64,000 nt of DNA from Armatimonadota bacterium. GTDB lineage: Bacteria > Armatimonadota > Fimbriimonadia > Fimbriimonadales > GBS-DC. Where the stretch lies: the NCBI GenBank assembly GCA_037444405.1, contig JBBIML010000010.1, positions 1-64,000 of the forward strand, in the 5' to 3' direction. This document shows, piece by piece, positions 20,105 to 30,018 of the stretch; position 1 is the stretch's first letter, and each line of letters starts with the position of its first letter. The notes below the pieces were generated by a model. That model made no database searches. It saw only the letters and a list, made by a program, of their open reading frames with translations, and had not been told where the DNA came from. Both the position numbers and the translations under genes were made by a program.

Positions 20105-21220
20105 ATGCGAAGCGTGCTAACGATAGCGGCTCTGGGGCTAAGCAGCCTCTGTGTGGGTCAGAACGGCGCGGCAATTGCGCCCACTGTGCGCTTGAAAGAT
20201 GTGGCGCAGGTGCGCGGCGTGCGCAGCAACCAGCTGGTCGGCTACGGGCTGGTCGTGGGGCTGGAGGGCACAGGCGACAGCAAGGGCGCACTGTTCACCG
20301 TGCAATCGATTGCGAACATGCTGGAGCGGTTCGGCATCACGGTTCCTGCCGACGCGCTTAAGGTGAAGAATGTGGCGGCGGTGATGGTCACAGCGGAGCT
20401 GCCCCCATTCGCCCGCGCGGGCAACCGCATCGATGTGCTGGTCTCCAGCATCGGCGACGCTCGCTCGCTGCAGGGCGGCACGCTGTTGCAGACGCCGCTG
20501 CGCGGCGCGGACGGGACCGTCTACGCTGTCGCGCAGGGCGCGCTCTCCATCGGCGGGTTCAACTTCAGCGCAGGCGGCGCGCGTGTGCAGCGCAACCACA
20601 CCACTGTCGGGCGAATCCCCGGCGGCGCGCTCATCGAACGCGAAGTGCCCAGCCAGTTCCTGCAAGCCGATAACTCGCTGATTATCCAGCTGAACCAGCC
20701 CGACTTCACCACCGCAGCGCGAATCGTCAGTTCGATTCGCGCGGCGTTCCCCAGCCTGACGGCGCAGGCAATAGACCCCGCCACCATTCGCGTTGCGCTG
20801 GATGCGCAGGGCGCCCTGGACCCCATCATGCTGATTGCCCAGCTGGAGTCGCTGCCCGTTGTGCCCGACACCACCGCTCGAATCGTGGTCAACGAGCGCA
20901 CGGGCACTGTGGTGGTGAACGGCGAGGTGCGTATCGCGCCCGTCGCAATTGCGCATGGCGGCATCACCGTGCGCGTCCAGACCACCTACGAGGTTTCGCA
21001 GCCGCCGCCGCTCAGTCAGGGTCAGACGCGCGTCGTGCCCCAGACCCAGATCGACGCCCAGCAGGAGCCTGCGCAGATGGTCTACTTCAAGGAGGGCGCG
21101 TCGGTCGAATCGCTGGTGAAGGCGCTGAACGCGCTGGGGGTCAGCCCGCGCGATTTGATCGCGATTTTGCAGGCGCTCAAAGCGGCAGGCGCCCTGCACG
21201 CCGAAGTGGAGGTGCAATAA
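20105..21220 (+). CDS. flgI: Flagellar P-ring protein FlgI
   Basis: RSNQLVGYGLVVGLEGTGD, NVAAVMVTAELPPF, SLQGGTLL, LQALKAAGAL. Confidence 0.97.
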   Translation: MRSVLTIAALGLSSLCVGQNGAAIAPTVRLKDVAQVRGVRSNQLVGYGLVVGLEGTGDSKGALFTVQSIANMLERFGITVPADALKVKNVAAVMVTAELPPFARAGNRIDVLVSSIGDARSLQGGTLLQTPLRGADGTVYAVAQGALSIGGFNFSAGGARVQRNHTTVGRIPGGALIEREVPSQFLQADNSLIIQLNQPDFTTAARIVSSIRAAFPSLTAQAIDPATIRVALDAQGALDPIMLIAQLESLPVVPDTTARIVVNERTGTVVVNGEVRIAPVAIAHGGITVRVQTTYEVSQPPPLSQGQTRVVPQTQIDAQQEPAQMVYFKEGASVESLVKALNALGVSPRDLIAILQALKAAGALHAEVEVQ

Positions 21221-21549
21221 TGAACCCTCAAATCGGCTTTCGCCATCCTCTCACTCGCGCTTCAATAGCGCCCTCTCCGGGCGAGACGCCCAGGCTACAC
21301 AGGGGCACGGATGAGAAGGATGAGAAGATTGACCACCGCCTCTACGAAGCCTGTCAGCAGTTTGAGGCGGTGTTCCTGCTCCAGCTGTGGCGGGCAATGC
21401 AGCGCACCGTGCCCAAACAGCCCCAAACCCTCAACTATGCGGAGATGTTCGACCTCACCTTCGCCGAATATCTCTCCCAACACGGGCAGTTCGGCATCGC
21501 CGAGCAACTGTACGAGCAGCTCTCGATGAAGCGGGGTGAACAACCGTGA
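21220..21549 (+). CDS. flgJ: FlgJ rod-binding domain protein (no muramidase domain)
   Basis: EACQQFEAVFL..AMQRTV..GIAEQLYEQL; position after flgI. Confidence 0.8.
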   Translation: MNPQIGFRHPLTRASIAPSPGETPRLHRGTDEKDEKIDHRLYEACQQFEAVFLLQLWRAMQRTVPKQPQTLNYAEMFDLTFAEYLSQHGQFGIAEQLYEQLSMKRGEQP

Positions 21550-21998
21550 GCGAGGAACGCAACCAGCCTGTCCGACACGCACCGAACGACGCATTGCTGA
21601 TGCAGTGGGTTCGGGAGACGAGGCGCGCCTTGCCGTTGCTGAAAGCGTGGCGCGACGCGCTCGTGCGGCGCGACCTCGCCGCCATCGACGCCCTCAACAC
21701 GCGCCTGCAACTCGTGCTGCAACGCCTGGAGCAGCTGCGCGCCGCGCTGCCCCCCCCTTCCGAACCACCCGACAGCAGCCAGCAGCCGCGATATGGCGAT
21801 TCGCAACTGCTCCAGCGCGCGCTGGAGACGGCGCGCGCCCTCGATGAAATCGTGCAGAGCGCGTACGACATCATCCGCAACGAGCTGGACTACACGCACG
21901 CGCTGATGGCGATGCTAATGCGCGCCGCCGAACCCGAACACTACGCGCCCACCAGCAACCGCGCCAACACCACCCTGATGCTCAACACCGAGGTCTGA
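21546..21998 (+). CDS. flgN: Probable flagellar export chaperone FlgN
   Basis: Helical protein with ALVRRDLAAI motif directly upstream of flgK. Confidence 0.55.
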   Translation: MSEERNQPVRHAPNDALLMQWVRETRRALPLLKAWRDALVRRDLAAIDALNTRLQLVLQRLEQLRAALPPPSEPPDSSQQPRYGDSQLLQRALETARALDEIVQSAYDIIRNELDYTHALMAMLMRAAEPEHYAPTSNRANTTLMLNTEV

Positions 21999-22001
21999 AC
22001 C

Positions 22002-23363
22002 ATGTCCAGTTTCTACGGCATCGAGTTAGGCATCCGTGCGCTCCGCGCGTTCCAGATCGGGCTGGATATAACGGGGCACAATGTGGCGAATGTGAACACG
22101 CCGGGCTACACGCGCCGTCGGGTGGTGTTCGCGCCCACGCCCGACTATGCGTTCAGCCCGCGCCTGCGCGTCGGCAGCGGCGTGATGGCGCAGAGCATCC
22201 AGCGACTGCGCGATATGATGCTCGAACAGCGCATCAATGTTAGCAGCGCCGACCTCGCTCGCCTCGACAGCCTGCGCCAGCAGCTTCAGCAGATTGAAAG
22301 CCTGTTCAACGAGCCGGGCGAGCTGGGCTTGAGCGCGCGGCTCGACGCGCTCTTCAACGCCTTCGAGGAGTTAGCGACGCGCCCCGACAGCATGGCTGCC
22401 CGCCAGAGCGTGATTCAGGCAGCCAGCGCGCTCGCCGACACCTTCCGCAGCCTGCACCGCGACCTCACCACGCAGGAAAGCCAGCTGTTCCAGCAGGCGC
22501 AGGCGCGAATCGCGGAGGCGAACCAGCTCGCCGCGCAACTGGCGCAGCTCAACGGGCAGATTCGTGCCGCAGCCGCCAGTGGCGCGGAACCGAGCGGGCT
22601 GCTCGATCAGCGCGACCAGCTCATCAGTCGCCTGAGCGAACTCGTCGCCGCCCGCGCCCAGTACGCCCAGGACGGCACCGTCATCATCTCGGTGGACGGC
22701 TACACGCTGGTGCAGGACAACGCCGCGTTCCAGCTGCCCACCACGCTCGACATCGCCAACCGCTCGCTGGACAACACGCCCGTCGATATCCGCATCCAGT
22801 CGGGCGAGTTGCGCGGGCTGATGGACGCCATCGCGAACCTGCAGAGCTATCGCGCCGACCTGAACACGCTCGCGAACACGCTCATCACGCAGGTGAACGC
22901 GATTCACTCCACCGGCTACGCGCTGGACGGCAACACGGGCTACCTCTTTTTTGATGGCACCGACGCTTCGAACATCACCCTGCACGCCGACATCAGCGAT
23001 CCCAGCCACATCGCGGCGGCGTCAGTGCCCGACGCGCCGGGCAACGGCGGTGTCGCCCGCGCACTGGCAGATTTGCGCACCGCCGCACAGGGCACGCTCG
23101 GCGGACTCAGCATCCCCCAGTTCTATCGAAACCTCATCGGGCGTGTCGGCAACGATGCACAGGTCTCCAAAAATCGCGCCGAAACGCAACAATTAACAGT
23201 GGAGCATCTGCTGATGCTCCGCGAGTCGGTGTCGGGCGTATCACTGGATGAGGAGGCAGCAAACCTGATGAAGTACCAGCGCAGCTATCAGGCAGCCGCG
23301 AAGATGCTCAGCGTCTTCGACTCGCTGCTGGAAGATATGTTGCAGCTGGTGGCGCCCGGATAG
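22002..23363 (+). CDS. flgK: Flagellar hook-associated protein FlgK
   Basis: GHNVANVNTPGYTR, LLDQRDQL, SVSGVSLDEEAANLMKYQRSYQAAAK. Confidence 0.96.
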   Translation: MSSFYGIELGIRALRAFQIGLDITGHNVANVNTPGYTRRRVVFAPTPDYAFSPRLRVGSGVMAQSIQRLRDMMLEQRINVSSADLARLDSLRQQLQQIESLFNEPGELGLSARLDALFNAFEELATRPDSMAARQSVIQAASALADTFRSLHRDLTTQESQLFQQAQARIAEANQLAAQLAQLNGQIRAAAASGAEPSGLLDQRDQLISRLSELVAARAQYAQDGTVIISVDGYTLVQDNAAFQLPTTLDIANRSLDNTPVDIRIQSGELRGLMDAIANLQSYRADLNTLANTLITQVNAIHSTGYALDGNTGYLFFDGTDASNITLHADISDPSHIAAASVPDAPGNGGVARALADLRTAAQGTLGGLSIPQFYRNLIGRVGNDAQVSKNRAETQQLTVEHLLMLRESVSGVSLDEEAANLMKYQRSYQAAAKMLSVFDSLLEDMLQLVAPG

Positions 23364-23402
23364 CCGTAGCCCGGGCATCCTGCCCGAATAAGAGGGTGAG
23401 CG

Positions 23403-24290
23403 ATGCGGATCAGCACCAGCTGGCAGTTCTGGCAGATGGGGCGAGCGATTGAGCGGTCAACCGACCGCCTGAGCCGCTATCAACGACAGGTCGCCACCGG
23501 GCGGCGCATCGAGCAGCCGTCGGACGACCCCGTCGGCAGCGTGCATGCGCTCGCCATCCGCCAGAGCCTGCAGGAAATCGAACAATATGGGCGTAATATT
23601 CGTGAAGCGCGCCTGTTCCTTCAATCGACGGAGCAGGCGCTGGCGGACATTGGCAGCCTGCTGGGCGAGGTGCGCCAGATTATCACGCAGGGCGCCAACG
23701 ACACTATTGACTCGGACGCCCGCGACGCGCTCATCCAGCAGCTCCGCCACCTGAAGGAGCGACTGATGCAACTGGGCAATCAGCGCGTGGATGGCGACCG
23801 CTACCTGTTCAGCGGGCAGAAGCTCGCAACCGCGCCCTTCACCCTCTCCGGGGGCGTGCTGACCTACACGGGCGACGGCAACCCCCTGCTGGTCAACATC
23901 GCTGCCGACCGAGCCATCCCGATGAACTTCACCGGCGCCGCCCGAATCGCCGACCTGTATAACAAACTTACCGAGGTGGAAAACCATCTGCTCGCAGGCG
24001 ACAACACCACCCTCTCAAATGTGGACCTGCGCGATATCGAAGCGTTCCAGTCGGAGTTCGCTCGCTATCGGGGCGAGATGGGCGTGCGCCTGCGTGAGCT
24101 GGAGAACTACGAAACCCTCTACGCCGCCCGCAAGGAGCAACTGCAGGGCAATCTGGCAGCAATTGAAGAGGTGGACCTCGCCGAAGCCATCAGCCAGCTG
24201 CGCCAGCAGGAACTGAGTTATCAAGCCGCTTTGCAGGTGTTTACCCGCGTGCAGGCAATCAATCTGTTCGATTTCCTGCGTGGAGGTTGA
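23403..24290 (+). CDS. flgL: Flagellar hook-associated protein FlgL
   Basis: MRIST, TGRRIEQPSDDP, YLFSG, YQAALQ..NLFDFL. Confidence 0.95.
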   Translation: MRISTSWQFWQMGRAIERSTDRLSRYQRQVATGRRIEQPSDDPVGSVHALAIRQSLQEIEQYGRNIREARLFLQSTEQALADIGSLLGEVRQIITQGANDTIDSDARDALIQQLRHLKERLMQLGNQRVDGDRYLFSGQKLATAPFTLSGGVLTYTGDGNPLLVNIAADRAIPMNFTGAARIADLYNKLTEVENHLLAGDNTTLSNVDLRDIEAFQSEFARYRGEMGVRLRELENYETLYAARKEQLQGNLAAIEEVDLAEAISQLRQQELSYQAALQVFTRVQAINLFDFLRGG

Positions 24291-24296
24291 GAACCG

Positions 24297-24761
24297 ATGG
24301 AACTTCACACAACCCGATTCGGTACAATAACAATAGAAGCGGAAGACATCATCACCTTCCCTGACGGGCTGGTGGGGCTGAGCCATCTGAAACGGTTCGT
24401 GATTATTCGACATGGCAACGACAGCCCGTTCCGATGGCTGCAGTCGGTGGAAGAGCCGGGCTTCGCGATGCTGCTGATCGACCCGTGGTTCTTCCGACCC
24501 GACTACGAGGTGGTGCTGTCCGATGTGGATGTGGAGCGCCTGCAGTTGAGCGCGGATTCGATCCGATGGGTCTATGTGACGGTCTCGATCCCACCGGGCA
24601 AACCGCATGCGATGACCGCCAACCTGCTGGCGCCGATCGTGATTAACGGCAGCGCGCGTTGCGGGCGGCAGGTGATCTTAGATGATGAGCGCTATACGAC
24701 CCGCCACCCGATCTTACAGGAGATGTGGCGCTCGGTGCAGACTCAGCAGGCGGCTGGCTGA
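24297..24761 (+). CDS. fliW: Flagellar assembly factor FliW
   Basis: TTRFG, ITFPDGLVG, PFRWLQS, MTANLLAPIVIN. Confidence 0.95.
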   Translation: MELHTTRFGTITIEAEDIITFPDGLVGLSHLKRFVIIRHGNDSPFRWLQSVEEPGFAMLLIDPWFFRPDYEVVLSDVDVERLQLSADSIRWVYVTVSIPPGKPHAMTANLLAPIVINGSARCGRQVILDDERYTTRHPILQEMWRSVQTQQAAG

Positions 24762-24788
24762 CGCCGCCCGCCACGGAGGGCGATACCC

Positions 24789-25034
24789 ATGTTAGTGCTG
24801 ACGCGCAAGGTGAACCAGAGCATCATGATTGGCGACGATATCGAGGTGATAGTGCTGGAGGTGCGCGGCGAGCAGGTGCGACTGGGCATCAAGGCGCCGC
24901 GCGAGATCGCCGTGCATCGGCGCGAAATCTACGAAGCCATCCAGCGCGAGAACCTGGCTGCCGCTCAAGCCCAGCCCGAAGATGTGCCCCAGCCCCAATC
25001 GGCTCCTGACAACCCGTCCGCCCGCTCCGCATAG
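24789..25034 (+). CDS. csrA: Carbon storage regulator CsrA
   Basis: [37 protein letters not shown]. Confidence 0.97.
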   Translation: MLVLTRKVNQSIMIGDDIEVIVLEVRGEQVRLGIKAPREIAVHRREIYEAIQRENLAAAQAQPEDVPQPQSAPDNPSARSA

Positions 25035-25043
25035 ATAGAGCGA

Positions 25044-26585
25044 CTACTCCAGCTCCAGCTCTTTTTTCAGCAGGCGCTTGAGAACCTTGCCCGTACCCGA
25101 GCGGGGCAGCTCCTGACGGAAGATTACCTCGCGTGGCACTTTGAAATTCGCCAGCCGCTCGCGCAAAAAGCGCAGAATCTCGCGCGGGTCCGGCTCCGTT
25201 CCGGCTTTGGGCACGATCACCGCGACAGGAACTTCCCCACGCTCCGGGTCAGGCTTGCCTATCACCGCGCAGTCCAGCACCGCCGGATGCTGCAGCAGCA
25301 CATTCTCCACCTCGCTCGGATAGACATTGATGCCGCCGACGATAATCATGTCCTTCTTGCGATCCACGATATAGAGGTAACCGTCCTCGTCGAACCTGCC
25401 CATGTCGCCCGTGTGGAACCAGCCGTTGCGCATCGCTTCGGCGGTGGCTTCGGGGTTGTTGTAGTAGCCGAGCATCACATTGCGCCCGCGCACCACGATC
25501 TCGCCGATTTCGCCCACAGGCAGCTCGCGGTCGTTCTCGTCGAAGATTTTAATCTCCACCCCTGGCAGCGGCAGACCGACGGAGCCGATCTTGCGCACGC
25601 CCTTGTGGGGAGGCGGATTGACGCTGGTGACGGGCGAGCATTCGGTAGGACCGTCGCCCTCCAGAATGGCGCAGCCATATCGGGCTTCGAACGCGCGCAG
25701 CACGGGTTCCGGCATCGGTGCGCCGCCTGACACGCAGTAGCGCAGCGAGCTGAGGTCATAGTCGCGCTCGCCCGCCGCCTGCAAAATCGCCGCGTACATC
25801 GCCGGCACCGCAGGAAACAGCGTGACGCGATGCCGCTCGATAGTTTCCATCGTGCTTTGCGGTAGAAACCGCTCCATCAGCACGGTGGTCGCCCCCAGCC
25901 AGAGCGGGAAGTTCATGCAGACCGTCTGCCCGAATGAGTGGAACAGCGGCAGCACCGCCAGAAACCGTTCATCAGGCTCCAGCTCCAGCATCTGCTGGCA
26001 CGCCTCGATATCGAACAGAATATTGTCGCTGCTGAGCATCACGCCTTTGGGGAATCCCGTCGTGCCAGAGGTGTAGATGAACACCACAGGGTCGTTCTCG
26101 CTCACGGGCGGGCGAGTGAGCGGCTCGCCCGTCGGACGGATGACCGAGTCGAAGGGGCGCACGCCAGGGGGCAGCTCGCCCTCCGCGCCGACCACCAGCA
26201 CCGTCTGCAGCGTCGGAATCTCCGTCTTCGCCTGCAGCACCGTCTCCAGCGTGAGCGGGAAAGTAACGGCAGCCCTGATGCCCGCATCGCGCCAGATGTA
26301 GGCAATCTCGGGCGCCTTCAGCAGAGGGTTCACTGGCACGGCAATCGCGCCTAAGTGCCCCAGCGCGTGATAGGTGATCACAAACCGCGGCAGATTGGGC
26401 AGCATAATTCCCATGCGATCGCCAGGCTGGATGCCCAGCTCATCGCGCAGACCACGCGCACACGCCTGCACCAGCCCCCACAGCTGCATATACGGGATTG
26501 GCTGATCCCGAAAGATAATCGCGGGCTTCTCTGGAAACCGCTGCGCCGAACGCTCCACAATCTCATACAGCAACATCGCTCCCAT
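25044..26585 (-). CDS. fadD: Long-chain fatty acid-CoA ligase
   Basis: YTSGTTGFPKG, LPLFH, GWFHTGDMG, DRKKDMII, LPRSGTGK; usual EGYG reads EGDG. Confidence 0.88.
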   Translation of the reverse strand: MGAMLLYEIVERSAQRFPEKPAIIFRDQPIPYMQLWGLVQACARGLRDELGIQPGDRMGIMLPNLPRFVITYHALGHLGAIAVPVNPLLKAPEIAYIWRDAGIRAAVTFPLTLETVLQAKTEIPTLQTVLVVGAEGELPPGVRPFDSVIRPTGEPLTRPPVSENDPVVFIYTSGTTGFPKGVMLSSDNILFDIEACQQMLELEPDERFLAVLPLFHSFGQTVCMNFPLWLGATTVLMERFLPQSTMETIERHRVTLFPAVPAMYAAILQAAGERDYDLSSLRYCVSGGAPMPEPVLRAFEARYGCAILEGDGPTECSPVTSVNPPPHKGVRKIGSVGLPLPGVEIKIFDENDRELPVGEIGEIVVRGRNVMLGYYNNPEATAEAMRNGWFHTGDMGRFDEDGYLYIVDRKKDMIIVGGINVYPSEVENVLLQHPAVLDCAVIGKPDPERGEVPVAVIVPKAGTEPDPREILRFLRERLANFKVPREVIFRQELPRSGTGKVLKRLLKKELELE

Positions 26586-26671
26586 ACCTCCTCGTGAGGA
26601 GTGCTTTCGGCGGCACAGGGCAGATTCCTGCCGCTGTGCAGGAAAGCAGCCCGAAACAGGGTATAATAGCC

Positions 26672-27541
26672 ATGCGTATGGGCGAACCGTTCTCTGTGAA
26701 TCCCGAATCGCCCGACCAGGGAGCGAAAGCGCAATCGCCGGAGGAGGCGCGTCGGAAGGGCGACCAGCTGATGCGGGCGGGACGCTTCGAAGAGGCGTTC
26801 CGCTACTATCGGCAAGCCATCCAGATGGATAACAACAATATTGAGCATTACATCCATCTGGGCGACGCCTACGCGTACGCTGATCAGCCTGCCCGTGCGC
26901 TGGCGTTCTATCAGCGTGCCCGCAAGCTCAACCCGCGCGATCCCGAACCCTACTTCGCGCTGGCGGAAATCTACCGCCGCTTCGGGCGCTTCGACGCCGC
27001 GCTCGCCCACTACCGCAAAGCCATCGAGTACGGCGCACGCAACGCCTTCGTGCTGTTCAAATACGCCGAAACGCTCGCCGTCTGCCAGCAATATCTGGCA
27101 GCCATCGAAGCCGCGCGCGAGGCGATCAACCACGAACCCAGCAACGGCTTCTTCCGATTCTGGCTGGCAGACCTGCTGGAGCGTGCGGGCGAGATCGCCG
27201 AAGCCATGCTGGAGATGGAAATCGCCACCCTGCTCAACCCCGAAGATGATTACTATCACTTCCGCTACGGACTGCTCTGCCTCGAGAACGAGTACCCCGA
27301 AAAAGCTATCGCGTCGATTCAGGCGGCGCTGCGCATCCAGCCCCAGAACGCGGTCTACCGGACCCTGCTGGGCGACATCTATCGGCTGCTGGGGCAGATG
27401 GACGAGGCGATAGCAGCGTATCAGCAGGCGGGCGAACTGGACAGCTACGACATCGCGGAGCTGGAGCGCGCCCGCAAACTGGCAGGACTGCAGTTCAACG
27501 GCTTGCCCAGCGACTTCATCCGCGACCATTCACAGCGATAA
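26672..27541 (+). CDS. Tetratricopeptide repeat protein
   Basis: Multiple 34-aa TPR-like repeats (A..YYRQAIQMD, YQRARKLNP, QAALRIQP). Confidence 0.85.
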   Translation: MRMGEPFSVNPESPDQGAKAQSPEEARRKGDQLMRAGRFEEAFRYYRQAIQMDNNNIEHYIHLGDAYAYADQPARALAFYQRARKLNPRDPEPYFALAEIYRRFGRFDAALAHYRKAIEYGARNAFVLFKYAETLAVCQQYLAAIEAAREAINHEPSNGFFRFWLADLLERAGEIAEAMLEMEIATLLNPEDDYYHFRYGLLCLENEYPEKAIASIQAALRIQPQNAVYRTLLGDIYRLLGQMDEAIAAYQQAGELDSYDIAELERARKLAGLQFNGLPSDFIRDHSQR

Positions 27542-28673
27542 GCCCGCCGTAATCGAACACCATCAGCCCGCGCGGCGAATGGCTCAACACCTCACAGCCC
27601 GTCTCGGTCACCAGCACATCCTCCTCGATGCGCACGCCGCCAAAGCCCGGCACATAGACGCCCGGCTCCACCGTCAGCACCATGCCGGGCTGCAGGCGCG
27701 TCTTTTCACGCGGGGAGAAGCCCGCGCCATCATGCACTGTCAGCCCCAGCGAGTGTCCCAGACCATGCCCGAAGTAGTCCGATAGCCCGTGCCTGTCGAG
27801 GGTTCGGCGGGCGATAGCATCGATATCGCGCCCGCGCCGTCCCGGTCGGATGGCTTCCAGGCTGCGCTCCAGCGCCTCCAGCACGGCGAAGTAGAGGCGC
27901 CGATGCTCGCTGCTGACAGTGCCAATCACCACCGTGCGCGTTAAATCGGAGCAGTAGCCCTGATAGCGTGCGCCGAAATCGAGCGTCACGAAGTCGCCCC
28001 GCTGGAGCCTGCGCTCCGTCGGCTTGCCGTGCGGCAACGCGCTGCGCTCGCCGCTGACCACCAGCGTCTCGAAGGCGGGATAAGCGCCCTGACGCCGCAT
28101 GTAAAAATCGAGCTCCATCGCAATATCCCACTCGGCGACGCCCGGCTGAAGCATCCGCTGAACATGTTCAAAGGCGGCGTCGGCAATCGCGACAGCGGCG
28201 CGAATGCGCTCCTGCTCAAAGGCATCCTTGATCAGGCGCAATTTTTCCACCGTGCCTGTCAGCAGAACGGGCGTGATGCCCGCCTTACGCAGATGCCTCC
28301 GCAAACCCTTCAGAAAGGCGATGGCGTTGCTGCTTTCGACGCCGAGCCGCCGGACGCCCCAGTCGCGCAGCAGCTGGGTCAGCACGGCGCCCGCTTCCTC
28401 GCCCGGTCGGGTGATGATGACCGGGATGTCGGGCACCTCCTGGCGGATCTGGGTCGCGTAGATGCCGCTGGTGAGGAGCTGCTCGCGATCGGGCGACAGC
28501 ACCAGCCAGGCGTAGGAGCCAGTGAAGCCCGTCAGATAGCTCACATTCGCCGTCCCATTAATGAGCGCGGCATCGGGCGCCCGCTCGCCCCCAAACAGCG
28601 CCGAACGCAGGCGCGCCCGCCGAGCCACATATACGCCTAATCCAGCGGGCGGATCCGGATGTTGCGGAACCAT
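27516..28673 (-). CDS. pepP: Xaa-Pro aminopeptidase (M24B); true start uncertain
   Basis: YLTGFTGS, ALPHG, DFGA..GYCSDLTRT, HGLGH, TVEPGVY, GVRIEED. Confidence 0.92.
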   Translation of the reverse strand: MVPQHPDPPAGLGVYVARRARLRSALFGGERAPDAALINGTANVSYLTGFTGSYAWLVLSPDREQLLTSGIYATQIRQEVPDIPVIITRPGEEAGAVLTQLLRDWGVRRLGVESSNAIAFLKGLRRHLRKAGITPVLLTGTVEKLRLIKDAFEQERIRAAVAIADAAFEHVQRMLQPGVAEWDIAMELDFYMRRQGAYPAFETLVVSGERSALPHGKPTERRLQRGDFVTLDFGARYQGYCSDLTRTVVIGTVSSEHRRLYFAVLEALERSLEAIRPGRRGRDIDAIARRTLDRHGLSDYFGHGLGHSLGLTVHDGAGFSPREKTRLQPGMVLTVEPGVYVPGFGGVRIEEDVLVTETGCEVLSHSPRGLMVFDYGGLIAVNGRG

Positions 28674-29341
28674 AGTTTATGACCGTGATTTTGCAGGGCG
28701 ATATAGCCGGGGCGCGTCATCTGATTATAGGGATATTTGAACTTGTTGGGCGTGCCGTCGGGATTGCGGAACGGCTCCGTCCAGCGGCTCAGGTCCACCT
28801 CGTTCACCTTCTTGCCGTTCAGGTAGACGGTGATCTGCGTGTCCTTGCAGATGATGTGCATGCTGTTCCACTCGCCAGCGGGCTTGACGGCGTTCTCGGC
28901 GGGCGCCTGAATGTCGTAGATGGCGCCGCAGTCGTGGCGGGTGGGCTTCTCCTTGCCGTAGCTGTCCAGAATCTGCACCTCGATGCCCGTCTGCACGGGG
29001 TCGCCCTTATCCCACACACGCAGGAACACGCCGCTGTTGGCGCCTGGCGTGAGCTTGAACTCCAGTTTGAGTTCGAAGTTTTTGTACACGCCGTCGGCGT
29101 AGATCATGCCGCCGCCTTTGCCCGTGCAGGTTAGCGCGTCGTCCTCAACCGTCCATGCGTCGGGCGCGTCCGCGACCGTCCAGCCACTGAGGTCCTTGCC
29201 ATTGAACAGCAGTTTCCAGCCCGATTTCTGCTCCTGCTGGCTCAACTGGTTCAGCGGGGTCTGCTTCTCATAGGGTTGCAGAGCAAGCCCCACCATCGCC
29301 AGCAATATCAGCAACATCGTCAGAAACAGTAGCGATCGCAT
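28637..29341 (-). CDS. DUF1080 (3-keto-disaccharide hydrolase-like) secreted protein
   Basis: GWKLLFNGKDLSGW, NSGVF, EVQILD, GEWN, GYIALQNHG..FRNIRI. Confidence 0.9.
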   Translation of the reverse strand: MRSLLFLTMLLILLAMVGLALQPYEKQTPLNQLSQQEQKSGWKLLFNGKDLSGWTVADAPDAWTVEDDALTCTGKGGGMIYADGVYKNFELKLEFKLTPGANSGVFLRVWDKGDPVQTGIEVQILDSYGKEKPTRHDCGAIYDIQAPAENAVKPAGEWNSMHIICKDTQITVYLNGKKVNEVDLSRWTEPFRNPDGTPNKFKYPYNQMTRPGYIALQNHGHKLWFRNIRIRPLD

Positions 29342-29465
29342 AGCGTGCCTCCTCAAGGGAAGGCTTCGACAGGGCGGATCGCTTTCCTGCCGCTGGTGGA
29401 GCATTCGGTTCACCGTCGTTGCGGGTGGTACAATCGGGTCTGGGCAATCAGCCGATAGCAGGGAG

Positions 29466-29690
29466 ATGGCGAAACGGATACAGGTGAAGGTTGTGCCGCG
29501 TGCGGCGCGGAATGAGTTGCTGCAGCAATCGGACGGCAGCTATCTCGCGCGCGTGACCGCGCCTCCCGCAGGCGGAGAGGCGAACCGCGCCGTCATCCGC
29601 TTATTGGCAGAGCATTTCGGGGTTGCACCCTCGCGCATTCGGCTCGTATCAGGAGCAACCCATCGCCAGAAGGTGTTCGAAATCGATTAG
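29466..29690 (+). CDS. DUF167/YggU family protein
   Basis: VKVVPRA, VTAPP.GGEAN, LLAEHFGV, G.T.RQK. Confidence 0.88.
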   Translation: MAKRIQVKVVPRAARNELLQQSDGSYLARVTAPPAGGEANRAVIRLLAEHFGVAPSRIRLVSGATHRQKVFEID

Positions 29691-29798
29691 CCCCTCCCCG
29701 TCGCGTGCAAAACCGCGCAAAACAGGCAGCGCGCACATCGCATACCCCACCCTCTCAATCGCCAGCTGCATCGCAACCCAATCCACCTGCAGGCGGTT

Positions 29799-29828
29799 GT
29801 TTCAATCCCTCAGAGGTAGGCTACAAAC
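29799..29828 (-). CRISPR. Solitary 30-bp CRISPR-type direct repeat (GTTTGTAGCCTACCTCTGAGGGATTGAAAC); no array, no cas genes in window
   Basis: 30-nt length, GTTT start and ATTGAAAC end typical of Cas6-processed type I-B/III repeats; A/T-richer leader-like flank at about 29830-29940. Confidence 0.7.
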
Positions 29829-30018
29829 CAACCCCCTGCAGCGGGCAGGCGCGAACGCCCACCCGCTCAGAGGCACGCCTCTGAACTCAAATCAGTCATG
29901 ATTAGCCTTGATTTTCGGGCTTTTTGCTTCTCATCCGCACAGCGTAGCCGGGCAGGGCGACCCGACTACGCAGGGGAGATGGCATCCGCGCGCGGAGCAT
30001 GTCATAATAGGCTCAGGG

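Noticed and set aside
29690..29890. Multi-repeat CRISPR array
   Set aside because: Flanking candidates (about 29731-29760 and 29856-29885) match the repeat at only about a third to a half of positions; only one credible repeat
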